Source: a virus (lineage: Duplodnaviria > Caudoviricetes). From it: a stretch of 57,671 nucleotides of DNA. Position numbers and translations under genes: made by a program. The stretch spans positions 1 through 57,671 of the IMG/VR virus record IMGVR_UViG_3300025647_000002. One strand, 5' to 3'. The notes beneath the pieces are model-generated. The model ran no database searches. It saw only the letters and a program-made list of their open reading frames with translations, and had not been told where the DNA came from. This document shows, one piece after another, positions 8,618-19,457 of the stretch. Numbering within the stretch: position 1 is the stretch's first letter; the number at the start of each line of letters is the position of its first letter.

Positions 8618-11485
8618 ATGGATACGTTGGAATTTTTCCAGCGCGTCCTACCAACGGAGGGGATGTACTGCAGGTTCACACTGACCGGTAAGCGTAACCG
8701 GTTCTACGGCAGCATTGCCGAGATGGTGACTGAAGTACAAAACATAGACCAACGTGGGCAGGATGCGTATTTCGCTATCTCCAGTTTCGTGGACGATAGC
8801 AGCCGCAAGAACACAAACGTACAGTTTACCAAGGTCATATCAGTCGATGTAGACTGCGGACCAGACAAGCCATTCCCCACATGGAAGGAAGGGCTCAAGG
8901 CGTTCGGTGGTTTTGTAGCAGAGATGAAGCTACCCAAACCACTCATAATCCGGTCGGGCAATGGCCTGCATATCTACTGGATCATGGAGCGCGATCTTAC
9001 GCGCGAGGAGTGGACACCACTGGCCCGGGCTATGAAGGATGCGGCCGAGGGGCAAGGGTTTGAGATTGACCCTACCAAGACGGCCGAGCCATCGGCGGTC
9101 CTACGACCTGTCGGAACCCACAACTTCAAAGACCCGACCAACCCAAAGCGCGTTCAGCTGTTGCTCGACGGTGGCGATACCACGGTTGAAGTAATGAAGA
9201 AGGCATTGGCCTATTACTATAACGCGGCCAACGCACCTATAAAGCGGAAGAACAATGGGCTGCTGGATAGTCTCGCAGCGCGCACTGAGATGCCTCCTGC
9301 CGTCGGCCACCTCGTGGCTGAGAAGTGCCAGCAGGTAGAGTGGGCGGTCACCAACCAAGACAAAGTGTCGGAGCCGTTCTGGTACGCACTGATAGGACTG
9401 GCTGCCTTCTGCGAGAACCCAGAGGAGACAGCCAAGCGTTGGAGCGAGGACCACCCAAGCTACTCCGAGAGCTCTACACTGAGGAAGATGCAGCAGTGGC
9501 GGGAACAGGCGACTGGACCCTCGACCTGTAGCAAGTTCGAGAACGAGCGTCCTGCGGGGTGTAAGGGCTGCCCGTTTGCAGGTAAGATCGGCAGCCCAGC
9601 ACGACTGGGTGTGCGGTACGCAGAGATCGACACCAGTGATGAGGCACCTGAAGAAGTAATCACAGAGCTTCCGATACCTAAGCCGTTCAAACGGACAGCC
9701 AACGGGATCATGGCTACTATCGACGACACTGATATCGAGGTGGCACCCTTCGACATCTACCCACTCAGCTACGGTTATGACGAGCACCTTGGTTATGAGG
9801 TCGCCCAGTTCATGTGGGACAGGCCTCATGTGGGGTGGAAGGTTCTGACCATGCGGCAAGCCTACCTCGCTGACGGTACCTACCGTGAGTTCGTGGGCTG
9901 CGTGGCAGACCAAGGCATCGTACTACAAACGAAGAGACAGACGGAGTATTTCCAGATCATGCTACGCTCATACATGAATGAGTTGCGTAAGGTGCGGACC
10001 GTCACAAACCTGTACTCCACAATGGGTTGGAAGGAAGACAACAAAGTCTTCGTCCTTGGTGATGATCTGTACCGGCGCGACGGCAGTGGTTCCGTGACAC
10101 ACGAAACGATACGGCTGGCCTCCCACGTCAACCGCGCCGGTAGTGATATGTTCACGACCAAGGGTAACTTCGCCACGTGGAAGGCTGGCAGTGAGATACT
10201 GCGGCGGGGCAAGCTCTACGCCCACCAGTATTCCATCGGGCTGGCATTTGCGTCTATCCTCATGCAGTTCTCCGGCCTCAAGGGTGTGACTGTATCGCTC
10301 TATGGTGAGTCCGGTAGCGGCAAGACGCAGGCACAGTTCATACAGCAGTCTGTCTGGGGCGACCCAGAGAAGATACACTTCCAGTCGCAGTTCACGGCCA
10401 ACTCTTTGTTCGACAAGTTCGGTCTCCATGGCAACATGCCAATCACGATCGACGAAGCGACACAGATGTCAGACAAAGATATGGGCGACTACCTGTACTG
10501 GACCAGCCAAGGACGGGACAAGGCCCGCCTGACACGCAGCGCAGAGGCCCGGGCACCCAGAGAGTGGGCGCTTATCTCCACGCTGTCTACGAACAAACCG
10601 ATTGGCGGTAAGCTGTTGTCGGCGGGGCATGAGAACGAAGCGCAGATGGCGCGTCTGATCGAACTCAAGGTAGCCAAGTCACCAATATACCGTGACGGTA
10701 CGGACGCTGGTCGCCAACTACATAAACTGTTCACAGAGAACTATGGGTGGGCAGGCCGTGCGTTTATAGAACGCCTTATGAAGATGGACGAGCACAGCAT
10801 CCGCGTACTGATGGCCGCCGCTATCGACCAGTTCAACGACAAGTATGGGTACAAGTTCTCCGGCGTCGAGCGTTTCTGGGAGGTGGGCTTTGTGCTGCCA
10901 GAACTGTGCCTCAACCTTGCCCATGGCTGGGATATCACTGCGTTCGACGGGCGCGAAGCAACTGTCTGGGCGACGTCTAACATATCCGAGATGCGGGATG
11001 CAGCTGCGGACAACCAGCGTGATATGTTTGACCTGATCGCAGAGTACATGAACGAGCATCTGTCTGAGACGGTGCAGGTGTTCCACAACGGTGACGCGTC
11101 CCCACTGGTGGATTACTCCCGCCTACCACGGAACAGTGTGCATGTACGCATCGACGCCTACCGCAAGGGCGGCAGCACGGATATCAAGAAAGCAACGATG
11201 TTGCTGGACCGCACACACTTCCGCAAGTGGTACGCATCCAAAGGGCAGAACCCACGGGAAGTATTGGGCGCGCTAGAACTCGAAGGTGCGAACGCTACAC
11301 CGTCGTCGCAGAAGGCATCGCTTGGCAAGAACACCACGCTGTCGATCCCGCAGACCTATGTTATCGGGGTTGACTTAACACACTCACGCATGGCGGGTGT
11401 GTTGGATGATGTGGTGACTGCCAGCATAGAGGCTGAAGCCCGCAGCCAAGACGACACCGTGGTGTCGTTCAAGCCTAAGACCTAG
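8618..11485 (+). CDS. DNA primase (RepB/AEP-like) fused to a DUF927/superfamily 3-like helicase domain
   Basis: VDVDCG, RSGNGLHIYW and VLRPVGTHNFK primase motifs; Cys cluster CxxxxxxxxxxCxxCP; MGW; Walker A GESGSGKT; IDE; GRDKARL. Confidence 0.88.
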   Translation: MDTLEFFQRVLPTEGMYCRFTLTGKRNRFYGSIAEMVTEVQNIDQRGQDAYFAISSFVDDSSRKNTNVQFTKVISVDVDCGPDKPFPTWKEGLKAFGGFVAEMKLPKPLIIRSGNGLHIYWIMERDLTREEWTPLARAMKDAAEGQGFEIDPTKTAEPSAVLRPVGTHNFKDPTNPKRVQLLLDGGDTTVEVMKKALAYYYNAANAPIKRKNNGLLDSLAARTEMPPAVGHLVAEKCQQVEWAVTNQDKVSEPFWYALIGLAAFCENPEETAKRWSEDHPSYSESSTLRKMQQWREQATGPSTCSKFENERPAGCKGCPFAGKIGSPARLGVRYAEIDTSDEAPEEVITELPIPKPFKRTANGIMATIDDTDIEVAPFDIYPLSYGYDEHLGYEVAQFMWDRPHVGWKVLTMRQAYLADGTYREFVGCVADQGIVLQTKRQTEYFQIMLRSYMNELRKVRTVTNLYSTMGWKEDNKVFVLGDDLYRRDGSGSVTHETIRLASHVNRAGSDMFTTKGNFATWKAGSEILRRGKLYAHQYSIGLAFASILMQFSGLKGVTVSLYGESGSGKTQAQFIQQSVWGDPEKIHFQSQFTANSLFDKFGLHGNMPITIDEATQMSDKDMGDYLYWTSQGRDKARLTRSAEARAPREWALISTLSTNKPIGGKLLSAGHENEAQMARLIELKVAKSPIYRDGTDAGRQLHKLFTENYGWAGRAFIERLMKMDEHSIRVLMAAAIDQFNDKYGYKFSGVERFWEVGFVLPELCLNLAHGWDITAFDGREATVWATSNISEMRDAAADNQRDMFDLIAEYMNEHLSETVQVFHNGDASPLVDYSRLPRNSVHVRIDAYRKGGSTDIKKATMLLDRTHFRKWYASKGQNPREVLGALELEGANATPSSQKASLGKNTTLSIPQTYVIGVDLTHSRMAGVLDDVVTASIEAEARSQDDTVVSFKPKT

Positions 11486-14400
11486 TCGTTATACATACCG
11501 GTGTACGCCTCGATGTAGGGGCGTACACTCAGCGAAGTCGAGTTGATAAACCGTTCGCTTGCGAGTTGCTTTTGTGCCTTCAACGCCCGTTTCACCTTAG
11601 CCCGCATGTCGCCCATCTCCAGACCAGTACCGGCAGCATAGCGGTTCCACTCCGCGACACGGTCGTACAGGTACGCCACCTGCTCACGATCACCGCGGGC
11701 TTCGGCCTTCACAATCGCATCACGATACGCCGTGGTGTAGCTGCGCTGGTACTGCTCGCGGCGCATACCGACACGGACGACGTCGTATTCGGATGAAGCA
11801 CCCAGAGGGTACAACCCGAGTGCCCGCATGATGGCGACTCCGCTGTTGTAATCCTCGCTCACTACGTATCCGCGGCGATCCACGATGGCACCACTCCGCT
11901 CGTATGCGTACACGTCACCCAAGGCGCGCAGCATACTGATCGGAGACTCGCGGACTGTCTTTTCAATATCACCGGGCATACCGCCGGGCGCGAAGTCCAG
12001 TAGGTTCCCGATAGTCTTCATGCTGTTCGCAGCGAAGGAAGCCATTGGACCACCGACCTCTGTGATGACACGCGATGTCTCTGCACCCGGGAGGAACATT
12101 TCTGTACCGGGCACGATGTTGCCGAGGCCAGTACGCGAACCGACGTCGCTCCCAAGCATGTTGTTGAACGCACCGCTCATAAGTGCCGAGCCGAAGCCGG
12201 GCATGAACTCGTTGCCCTTGTCCACCATGTACTGCCTGATACTTGGTACTGGGATACCGAACTTGAACGCCAGTGTGTCGACAATATCCTCAATGTCTTC
12301 CGAGAACGGTACACCACGGAGGCCGGACAGCAGCAGGAGGCTGCCGAGCATGATGATCCGCCCGTTGTTATTGAGGTTTGCGATGAGTGTGGCACTGTTG
12401 ACGACGAACTGTTTGAACATGAACGCGAACTGCTGGATACCGCCGCGGAAGAACGCTGGCCGGTTGCCTGTCGTGTAGTCACCCAAGGTACTGTTTACCA
12501 GTGTCTCTGCAAAGGCAGCAGCATCCTTCGCTGCATCCACGTTGTTGGCACCAGCTGCTGTGCGGCGGCGGAACTCAAGGCGGAACGCGGCGAGTGCTGC
12601 TGCACGGCGCGAGTGTTGCTCCGTGGAGTTGAAGGGGGCCATGAAATACTGGACAAACGTCTGCTGCGCACCCGTTGTGACGCGGCCACGGGCTGACCCT
12701 GATAGGGAGTTGAACTGGGCCGCATCCAAGAACCCGCCCTCGATACCTTCGACAAGGAAGTCGGCCTCCGCACGTGTCATACCGCGCTTGGCGAGGTCGG
12801 CATCTGACATTTCCTCTTTGCTCCAGAACGCAGCTGTGTCCGCACCGGAGTTTGGCTTGAGGCTGAACCCAACCGAGAACGCAGCGTTCTTGATCTCGAC
12901 AAAAGCATCCCACCCGAAGCCGCCGCCGAATCCGTTCTTGGCATTGTAGGTAGCCAGTGCTGCAGGCACGTTGGTACCAAGGCCGACAAGGTTCAATGCA
13001 CCCGAGGCTACAGACCCCCCCAAGAACGACATGGCTGTCAACGTGCGTATAGCACCGACGGTTTTGCCGGATGCCATGTCTGTCTCCAGAACCTGCTTCT
13101 GCTGGTCCAAGAATGTCACGAGCTTGCGGAACTCGTTGTAGTGCTGGTTGCCCCGCTTTGGTGCTTCGTTGGTGACGAACCAGCTGTGGTACTGGTCAAA
13201 CTTGCGGCGGGCTTCCACCTTGGCTTCCTCGTTCATCGTCGTGTCAGTCAACGATGCCTCGTACTCAGCCTTCAGCGTGTTGTATTTCTCTTGACTACCC
13301 TTCCACAGCGCATCCGATTCCGGGTTGCTGCGGTCCAGTATGTTCGCCAGCTCCACGCTGGTTTTATTCCGCGCGATGGTAGATGCACGGGACTCGATGT
13401 GCTGCGAGATAGCCTGCGACAGATCGTTCTTCGCACCCGGTGCGAACGAAGCCTTCAGCTGGCGCAGTACGGAGAAGTCGTTCTGCGATGTGAGTGCGAG
13501 GATGATCTGCTCTGCCCGCGTCGGGTCGAGGTTGATACTGAAACGGCGCAGGAACCGCATCGCCTCGTTCATGTTGATCTCTGGGTCTGTCGACGCTGTC
13601 TGGATCACCGCTTCCGACTTGGATATGAGCCGCAGTTTCTTGAGCACGTTACCACCAAGGCCGTTGTTGGCCTTTGGGTCGAACACCTCGACCTCATGCG
13701 TACCCTCACCAAACAGTTCGGTCATGCTCGCCGCTGCCGTATCCGCCTCGCTCTGGGTCTCGAACTGCATGTACACAGTCTGGTCCCGATACCGGTCGGT
13801 CATAGCAAACTCAGTACCGTTCTCATCCACGGCCGCGATGCGTGCGTGCCAGCTACCCTCACGGGTGAACGGGACGTAGTTTGTCTCGATGTCACGGACG
13901 GCCTTGATCTCTGCGTCCCGCGTACTGATGAGTTCGTTGGCGAGGCTGCGCACTTCCTGCTGCACCACGAAACTCTCGGGTCCACGCTTCTCGTTGCCCT
14001 TTGGCTTCAACGGTGTGTACCGCGTACGGAAGTCGGTGATAGCTGCCTCAAGGTCAGCCCGCTCGTTTGTGTCAAAGAACGCTTTACCTCCAGCGCCTTC
14101 AGTCGCCGGGTCAAACAGCGCGTCGATGCGATCCGTACCTGTCCCTAGTAGCGCCTTGTTGACAGCAACCATGAGCGCTTCGGCACGGCGCATGTCGATG
14201 GAGCCACGCAGGCGGATACCATTCTCGTCAAACTCTGCATCACCGGTGGCCACATCCACGAACTTGTTGGTCAGCTTCTGCACCAGCTTGCGGTCACCAT
14301 CAGTCATCGGCGCATTCATCGCCCGCTGGATGCGTTTGTAGGTGGTGTCCTGCTCCTCGTTGTACCGGGTCAGTGTACTCTCCAGCAGGGCCACGGAAGT

Positions 14401-17400
14401 CTCAGCCATCGCATCCAGTTCGCCGTTGAAGCCGGCCCACTCTGCATCTGTGAAGTCGTGGGTGAATGTCTCGGTGTACATCCCGGTGTAGGAGTTGTCT
14501 TTGATCCGCTTGTCGTAAGACTTGGCGATCAGCTTGCCAGCCTCGGGGGTAGGGGCGGCTGCCACGGCAACGTCCCGCTCCGCTACCAGCTGTGCCCGCA
14601 TCTCTACAGTCAACGGCTTGGTCTGCGGCAGTTTGATCTCGATACCATCCCTGAACTGCTGCCGCGTCGGGCGGTTCTGCTTCAGCTTGGCGACGACATC
14701 CTTTTGCAGCTGGAACTCGCCGGAGGCCGCGATGTACTTAAATATCTTTGGCGGGTTTGGCTTCGCCTTGTACCCGACAGAACGCAGGATACGGGCAGCC
14801 TTCAGCGCCTTACCCACATCGCTTTTCTGCGCCTCGGTGAGACCATCCGAGAACTTTATCCCGAAGATTTCCACCGCTGGACGCAGTGTCTTTTTGCGGA
14901 GTACCTGCATCTGGTTGATATGTGTACGCGAGATATTGTACCGCCGGTTGATCGCACCCCAGACAAGACTACCACCCTCACTACGGATTGACCGCCACAG
15001 CGTGGGGGTAAACACCTGAGACTTGAGTGTGTCGTAGGCGTTCCCGAAGTCCACCTTGACCTTACGCTTTGCAAAGTCGTTGAGTATAGCCAGAGCGCCT
15101 TCGAGCTTCTTGGGTGTTGGACCGCCCGCGAGTTCGATCGTACGCCCCAGACCCAGCACGCTACCATCTGCGATGGAGGCGGCCGAGGCGAAACGCCCCG
15201 TACCGGTGGGCTCAATGCCCTGCTCAAGTGCCTGTGTCCTGCGACCCATCAGCTCTGCATCGAAGAACGTGGAGCGCTGACCGGTCACGACGTACCGGCG
15301 CGCTTGGCTGAGAAGGTAACGTGCCTGCTCGTCACCGAACCGTACGCCGATCTTGTTCAGCGCGTTCTTGACCTTGTTCCACCAGAGGGAAAGGATGTTG
15401 TTCTCAATGCGTGCAGCATAGTCAGACAGGTATTCTTCCGTCGCCTCGGCGCGGCTCATACCACGGGCTTCGACTGCCGAGTCGATGAGGGTGCGGGCCT
15501 CTGGTGTGCTGTTCTTGTAGACAGAGTTCATCACGCTGTCGAACTCAGCGTTACCCACGATCGCACGCATACCGAAGTGGCCCATTGTTTCGTGGGCAAG
15601 GACTGCGTTCAGGTGCCCGGTGTTCGCGATCCGGTTGGAGAAGACGATGACGGTGTCGCCGTCGAAGAAGTAGGCAGCTGCGTTGACTGTGTCGAAGTCA
15701 CCTTGCGGCCGCGCCGCGGTAGCGCGTGCGTAGAGCTTTGGGTTCTTGGTCCGCAGGTCCGCTTGGTCCTTGAACACGTGGGACTTTGGCTTAACGGCGA
15801 TGTTACGGAAGAACGACTTCACAGTAAGCTGCAACTTACCAACCGCCATGGGCTTCACGGGGTTCTTGTTCTCATCTGCGAGGCCGTTGAGCGTGTTGTA
15901 ATCTGCCAGCGATGTGCGGCCGGCTTGGACCTTGGTACCAAGGTCACGCCGCTCAATCCTACCTTTGACCACGTTGGGGAAACCTTTGGGTGTGACGTAA
16001 TCAAGGGCATCGCGGGGCTGGCCCTCCTTTGTCCCGTCCTTGATTATTTGCGTCAGCTGGACGAACGTGTCTTGTTCTGTGCGATTTGGCCGTTCGTTTC
16101 TTGTGTTTATCTCGGCTACCATACGCAGCAGTTCTACGGCTGCCACATCGGCCTTTGCTTCGGGGGTATTAGGGGCCCGCTGGCCGGACTGCGCACGCCA
16201 GCGGGCCTGCGCCATATCACTGATCTTAGAGAGTTGTTGGCTGGTCAGGTTTAGCTCTAAGGCGTTCTGAGCTGCCACCTTGGCCTCTGCCTTATCGCTT
16301 GCCTCGGCTATCTCTTCTGTACTGGGCTTCGCCTTGAGTTCTACGTCTGGAGCATTCGCAATGTTGTACAGCTCGATACCAGCGTTGATCTCGTCCGACG
16401 ACAAGGTCTTACGCTTCTTCGCACCGAGGATGTCTTGTTCAAGGTCAGCGACAAGCTCCATTTCGGGTGATAGCTCACCTACGGCGCGCTCTGCCTTCAG
16501 CGCTTCCATACTGACCTTCTTCGGTTTCTTCGGTTTCTCAGGCGCAAGTGTTTCCGGCGTCTGGTCTACTTCGGTTTCCGTTTCGGCTTCACCTTCTCCG
16601 GCAGTTTCTTGCCCTTTGGTGTCTTGGCCTGAAACTCCTTTGCCAGCTTTGGTTCCTTGGCGTAGAGCGCCCGCCTTTGGGCTTGGCTCTTGAACGGCAT
16701 CCTTCTTCCCTCTCTTGAGTTTATCCCCTTTGGGTGCAGTAGGTGGCGTGGGTGGTGTAGTATCCGGGGACAACGCCGCAAGTGCCTGCTCCTTGGTATC
16801 ACCAAGATACGTCGTCAGTTCACCAGCATCCATAACATCAAGGTTATGCCAGCCAGTGATATCCCCGGAACCTACTGTCCGGGCGATGCGTACGATCTCA
16901 CCATCGGGGGTAGCAACCTCATAGACTGTCAGCCCATCGGCGTCCTTCGTACCACGGGCGGATACGGACTGCGCTTTACCGGTCTTCGTGGCCTTTCTTA
17001 TTGCCTCACCGCGAGCCGCCGCTTTAGCTTGCGCAGCGAGGTCCACCTTGGCAGGCGCAGCTTTGGGCGTAGGCTCAGGTGCGCCGCGCCGCGCCGCCAG
17101 ATAGGCTTCGCCCTCCTCAAGTACACGGTCGCGCTGGACGTTAAGGCGTTGTCCGAGGGCCTGCAGATTTGCTGCCTGTCCCTGCAGCTGCTGGCGTTCT
17201 GCCTCAGCTGCGCGTGCGGCTTCGACCTGTTGGCGCATGGTATCTACGTCTGTCTTCGCTGGCGGCTCAGCCCCGCGTGTCGCCGGTGTGTCTACCAGCG
17301 GATCGGCTTTCCCCTTCGCGCTCTTCCTAAGACGCTGGAGCAGCTCGACATCTGCTTTCTCTGCGCGGACAGCGTTTATCCACTCCAGCTGTGACTTCTT

Positions 17401-19446
17401 ACTCAGCTTGGCGAATGTCGGCACGCCCTCTGGGTTTCTAACCAGCGCGCTCTCGTTACCCCATACAGCTAAGGCACCGAGGTAGTCGTTCGGTGTGACG
17501 TCTTCTGCACGCAGCGGTGCCCGCTGTGCTTCGCGCGCTGCCCGTACTTGTGCGGCCTGTTCTTGTTGTGCAGCCTGTCCTTGTTGGGCGGCCTGCTGTG
17601 CGGCCTGCTGTGCGGCCTGTGCCTGCTGCGCTTGGGCACGTGCCTGCTGCTGTTGCTGCAGACGATTCATCTGTTCAGCCATGGCAGTGGGCTGCGCACT
17701 GAGTTCCATCCGCTGCTGACCAGCGGCTTCCAGTTCAGCCTGTGATACAGGAGGTGCTGTGACCTCCGGGCGAGGGGCACCCGCCAGCTGTTGGCCTGTG
17801 AGCCGTGCCTGCGTGGCCACGTCAACACCCATCTCCGCGGGTGTGAACGCCTCGGCCTGTCCGGGCTCTGCGCGTTGCTGAGGCTGAAGTGTAAGCGGAG
17901 GCGGTGCCGGCGACCGAAGGTCCATAGAGAGTTGCGTCTCTGTTGGTGCCACGGGGGCAGGCTGCGGGCCTGCATATTCTCTATTAGGTGCTCGCTGTAC
18001 GGTGGGTATAAACAACCCCGGCTGCTCCTGACCGAAGTCAAAACCCAGCTGTGTGTCGCCGGAAGCCGCGGGTGCCACGGGTGCAGGCTGCTGTCCCATA
18101 TTCGGGTCGGTGCCCAGATCAGCCCCGGGGAACATCTCCGCCTGTGCGTTCGGCTCCAGCGATGCGCCGCTGAGCATGTTAGTCGGGTCACCGGAGTCGA
18201 CGTCACGGTTCGGTGTGGGCGGTTTGGCCTTTCCTTCAAAAGGTATGGAGGCAGCACGGAAGCCACCACCAAGCAAGAAGCCAGCGCCTGCGGCAACAAG
18301 CCCTTCTTCACCATACTTGTCGATGATAAGCGGCGCGAGCGCAGCCCAGTCAGCCTCGTTGAACTCGGCGCGGAGCTCTGGGTCAAACATAACGCGGTCA
18401 GTCAGGGTGGCGGTTGCCTCCGCAGCACCTTCCAAAGCACCAGCGCCTACAACGCGCCCGAGATTACCACGGAATGTGCGGCGAGCAGCGTCATCAACGG
18501 CGGTACCAAATGCGCGGCTGAAACCACCGGCAATGATCGCCTCTGGTACGGTCTGGATAACTGTCTTGAACAGCGCGGACCGCCAAATATCCTGCTGTAC
18601 CTCTGGTGAGCGTACGTCGGGCCCGCCTTGCTCGGCTGCCTGCTCCGCTGCCTGCCACGAGGACTGGAGTTCCATCGGGAAAATAGAAGTGGCGACACCG
18701 CCTAGTTGACCGGCGCGCGCAGCAGCCCCGCCTGCGGCAGCGGCCCGGAGGCCACCGGCCAAAAGAGCACCGCCACCGACGCCACTAGCGACCGACAAGC
18801 CGATCGTTGGGATACTGCGTGTGGCAGCTGTAAGGATTTTGCCGCCGATCCCTTGCTGCTTAGCGATCAATGCGTCACGTGCTTGGTCAGCAGCAGTTGG
18901 GCCGAGGAACTCGCCCGCACTCACAAGTGCCTGTCCCGCGCCTTCGGCCCCAAGCATCTGCAGACCACGGCCTGTACCGCCGACGACACCCTGACCCACA
19001 TCGCGAAAGCCCATTCCGACATTGCCAAAGAAGCCACGCCCTTCACCGATAGAGCTGAGGTACTGCTGGTACTGTGTAGGTGCAATACGCCGCCAGTCAG
19101 CGGCGTTCGCCGGCATGGGGTTAGGTGCTTCGAGGTTACCCGCGCTTTGTAGCGCGACATCATAATCCTCACGGCCAAACTCGACACCACCGACAGAAAA
19201 GCGGTCCATGCCCGGGCTATAGTAGATATCTCCGCCGGGACGCATAGACGATTCTGGTGGAGGTTGGATACGCGGTGCTTCCGGGGCCCCAAGTCCTGTA
19301 ATACGATCCAGCGCCTGTTGGCGCTGGACTTCTACATCCGCAAGGCCGGACCGCACGCCGCCGACGCCCATCTCCGGCAAGTTGCTATATAGATCAGAAC
19401 GTGGCGTTTGTAGTCCAGCGCCGTACCGAAGATTTTGGTCTGCCAT
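11482..19446 (-). CDS. Giant internal virion/ejection (large polyvalent-type) protein
   Basis: 2654 aa, last gene of the late arm; zincin-like LAHETMGHFG; PLxRFG-like YVPFTREG; C-terminal FMFKQF region typical of phage polyvalent proteins. Confidence 0.75.
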   Translation of the reverse strand: MADQNLRYGAGLQTPRSDLYSNLPEMGVGGVRSGLADVEVQRQQALDRITGLGAPEAPRIQPPPESSMRPGGDIYYSPGMDRFSVGGVEFGREDYDVALQSAGNLEAPNPMPANAADWRRIAPTQYQQYLSSIGEGRGFFGNVGMGFRDVGQGVVGGTGRGLQMLGAEGAGQALVSAGEFLGPTAADQARDALIAKQQGIGGKILTAATRSIPTIGLSVASGVGGGALLAGGLRAAAAGGAAARAGQLGGVATSIFPMELQSSWQAAEQAAEQGGPDVRSPEVQQDIWRSALFKTVIQTVPEAIIAGGFSRAFGTAVDDAARRTFRGNLGRVVGAGALEGAAEATATLTDRVMFDPELRAEFNEADWAALAPLIIDKYGEEGLVAAGAGFLLGGGFRAASIPFEGKAKPPTPNRDVDSGDPTNMLSGASLEPNAQAEMFPGADLGTDPNMGQQPAPVAPAASGDTQLGFDFGQEQPGLFIPTVQRAPNREYAGPQPAPVAPTETQLSMDLRSPAPPPLTLQPQQRAEPGQAEAFTPAEMGVDVATQARLTGQQLAGAPRPEVTAPPVSQAELEAAGQQRMELSAQPTAMAEQMNRLQQQQQARAQAQQAQAAQQAAQQAAQQGQAAQQEQAAQVRAAREAQRAPLRAEDVTPNDYLGALAVWGNESALVRNPEGVPTFAKLSKKSQLEWINAVRAEKADVELLQRLRKSAKGKADPLVDTPATRGAEPPAKTDVDTMRQQVEAARAAEAERQQLQGQAANLQALGQRLNVQRDRVLEEGEAYLAARRGAPEPTPKAAPAKVDLAAQAKAAARGEAIRKATKTGKAQSVSARGTKDADGLTVYEVATPDGEIVRIARTVGSGDITGWHNLDVMDAGELTTYLGDTKEQALAALSPDTTPPTPPTAPKGDKLKRGKKDAVQEPSPKAGALRQGTKAGKGVSGQDTKGQETAGEGEAETETEVDQTPETLAPEKPKKPKKVSMEALKAERAVGELSPEMELVADLEQDILGAKKRKTLSSDEINAGIELYNIANAPDVELKAKPSTEEIAEASDKAEAKVAAQNALELNLTSQQLSKISDMAQARWRAQSGQRAPNTPEAKADVAAVELLRMVAEINTRNERPNRTEQDTFVQLTQIIKDGTKEGQPRDALDYVTPKGFPNVVKGRIERRDLGTKVQAGRTSLADYNTLNGLADENKNPVKPMAVGKLQLTVKSFFRNIAVKPKSHVFKDQADLRTKNPKLYARATAARPQGDFDTVNAAAYFFDGDTVIVFSNRIANTGHLNAVLAHETMGHFGMRAIVGNAEFDSVMNSVYKNSTPEARTLIDSAVEARGMSRAEATEEYLSDYAARIENNILSLWWNKVKNALNKIGVRFGDEQARYLLSQARRYVVTGQRSTFFDAELMGRRTQALEQGIEPTGTGRFASAASIADGSVLGLGRTIELAGGPTPKKLEGALAILNDFAKRKVKVDFGNAYDTLKSQVFTPTLWRSIRSEGGSLVWGAINRRYNISRTHINQMQVLRKKTLRPAVEIFGIKFSDGLTEAQKSDVGKALKAARILRSVGYKAKPNPPKIFKYIAASGEFQLQKDVVAKLKQNRPTRQQFRDGIEIKLPQTKPLTVEMRAQLVAERDVAVAAAPTPEAGKLIAKSYDKRIKDNSYTGMYTETFTHDFTDAEWAGFNGELDAMAETSVALLESTLTRYNEEQDTTYKRIQRAMNAPMTDGDRKLVQKLTNKFVDVATGDAEFDENGIRLRGSIDMRRAEALMVAVNKALLGTGTDRIDALFDPATEGAGGKAFFDTNERADLEAAITDFRTRYTPLKPKGNEKRGPESFVVQQEVRSLANELISTRDAEIKAVRDIETNYVPFTREGSWHARIAAVDENGTEFAMTDRYRDQTVYMQFETQSEADTAAASMTELFGEGTHEVEVFDPKANNGLGGNVLKKLRLISKSEAVIQTASTDPEINMNEAMRFLRRFSINLDPTRAEQIILALTSQNDFSVLRQLKASFAPGAKNDLSQAISQHIESRASTIARNKTSVELANILDRSNPESDALWKGSQEKYNTLKAEYEASLTDTTMNEEAKVEARRKFDQYHSWFVTNEAPKRGNQHYNEFRKLVTFLDQQKQVLETDMASGKTVGAIRTLTAMSFLGGSVASGALNLVGLGTNVPAALATYNAKNGFGGGFGWDAFVEIKNAAFSVGFSLKPNSGADTAAFWSKEEMSDADLAKRGMTRAEADFLVEGIEGGFLDAAQFNSLSGSARGRVTTGAQQTFVQYFMAPFNSTEQHSRRAAALAAFRLEFRRRTAAGANNVDAAKDAAAFAETLVNSTLGDYTTGNRPAFFRGGIQQFAFMFKQFVVNSATLIANLNNNGRIIMLGSLLLLSGLRGVPFSEDIEDIVDTLAFKFGIPVPSIRQYMVDKGNEFMPGFGSALMSGAFNNMLGSDVGSRTGLGNIVPGTEMFLPGAETSRVITEVGGPMASFAANSMKTIGNLLDFAPGGMPGDIEKTVRESPISMLRALGDVYAYERSGAIVDRRGYVVSEDYNSGVAIMRALGLYPLGASSEYDVVRVGMRREQYQRSYTTAYRDAIVKAEARGDREQVAYLYDRVAEWNRYAAGTGLEMGDMRAKVKRALKAQKQLASERFINSTSLSVRPYIEAYTGMYND
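16566..16700 (-). CDS. Overprinted 44-aa basic protein in the +1 frame of the giant gene
   Basis: MPFKSQAQRRALYAKEPKLAKEFQAKTPKGKKLPEKVKPKRKPK, preceded by purine-rich GAGAGGGAAGAAGG. Confidence 0.6.
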   Translation of the reverse strand: MPFKSQAQRRALYAKEPKLAKEFQAKTPKGKKLPEKVKPKRKPK

Positions 19447-19457
19447 TTGTCACCTCG

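Noticed and set aside
13141-16254. Long + strand ORFs (13141-14148, 15304-16254) opposite the giant gene
   Set aside because: Antisense shadows of a GC-rich coding strand, with no SD or recognisable motifs.
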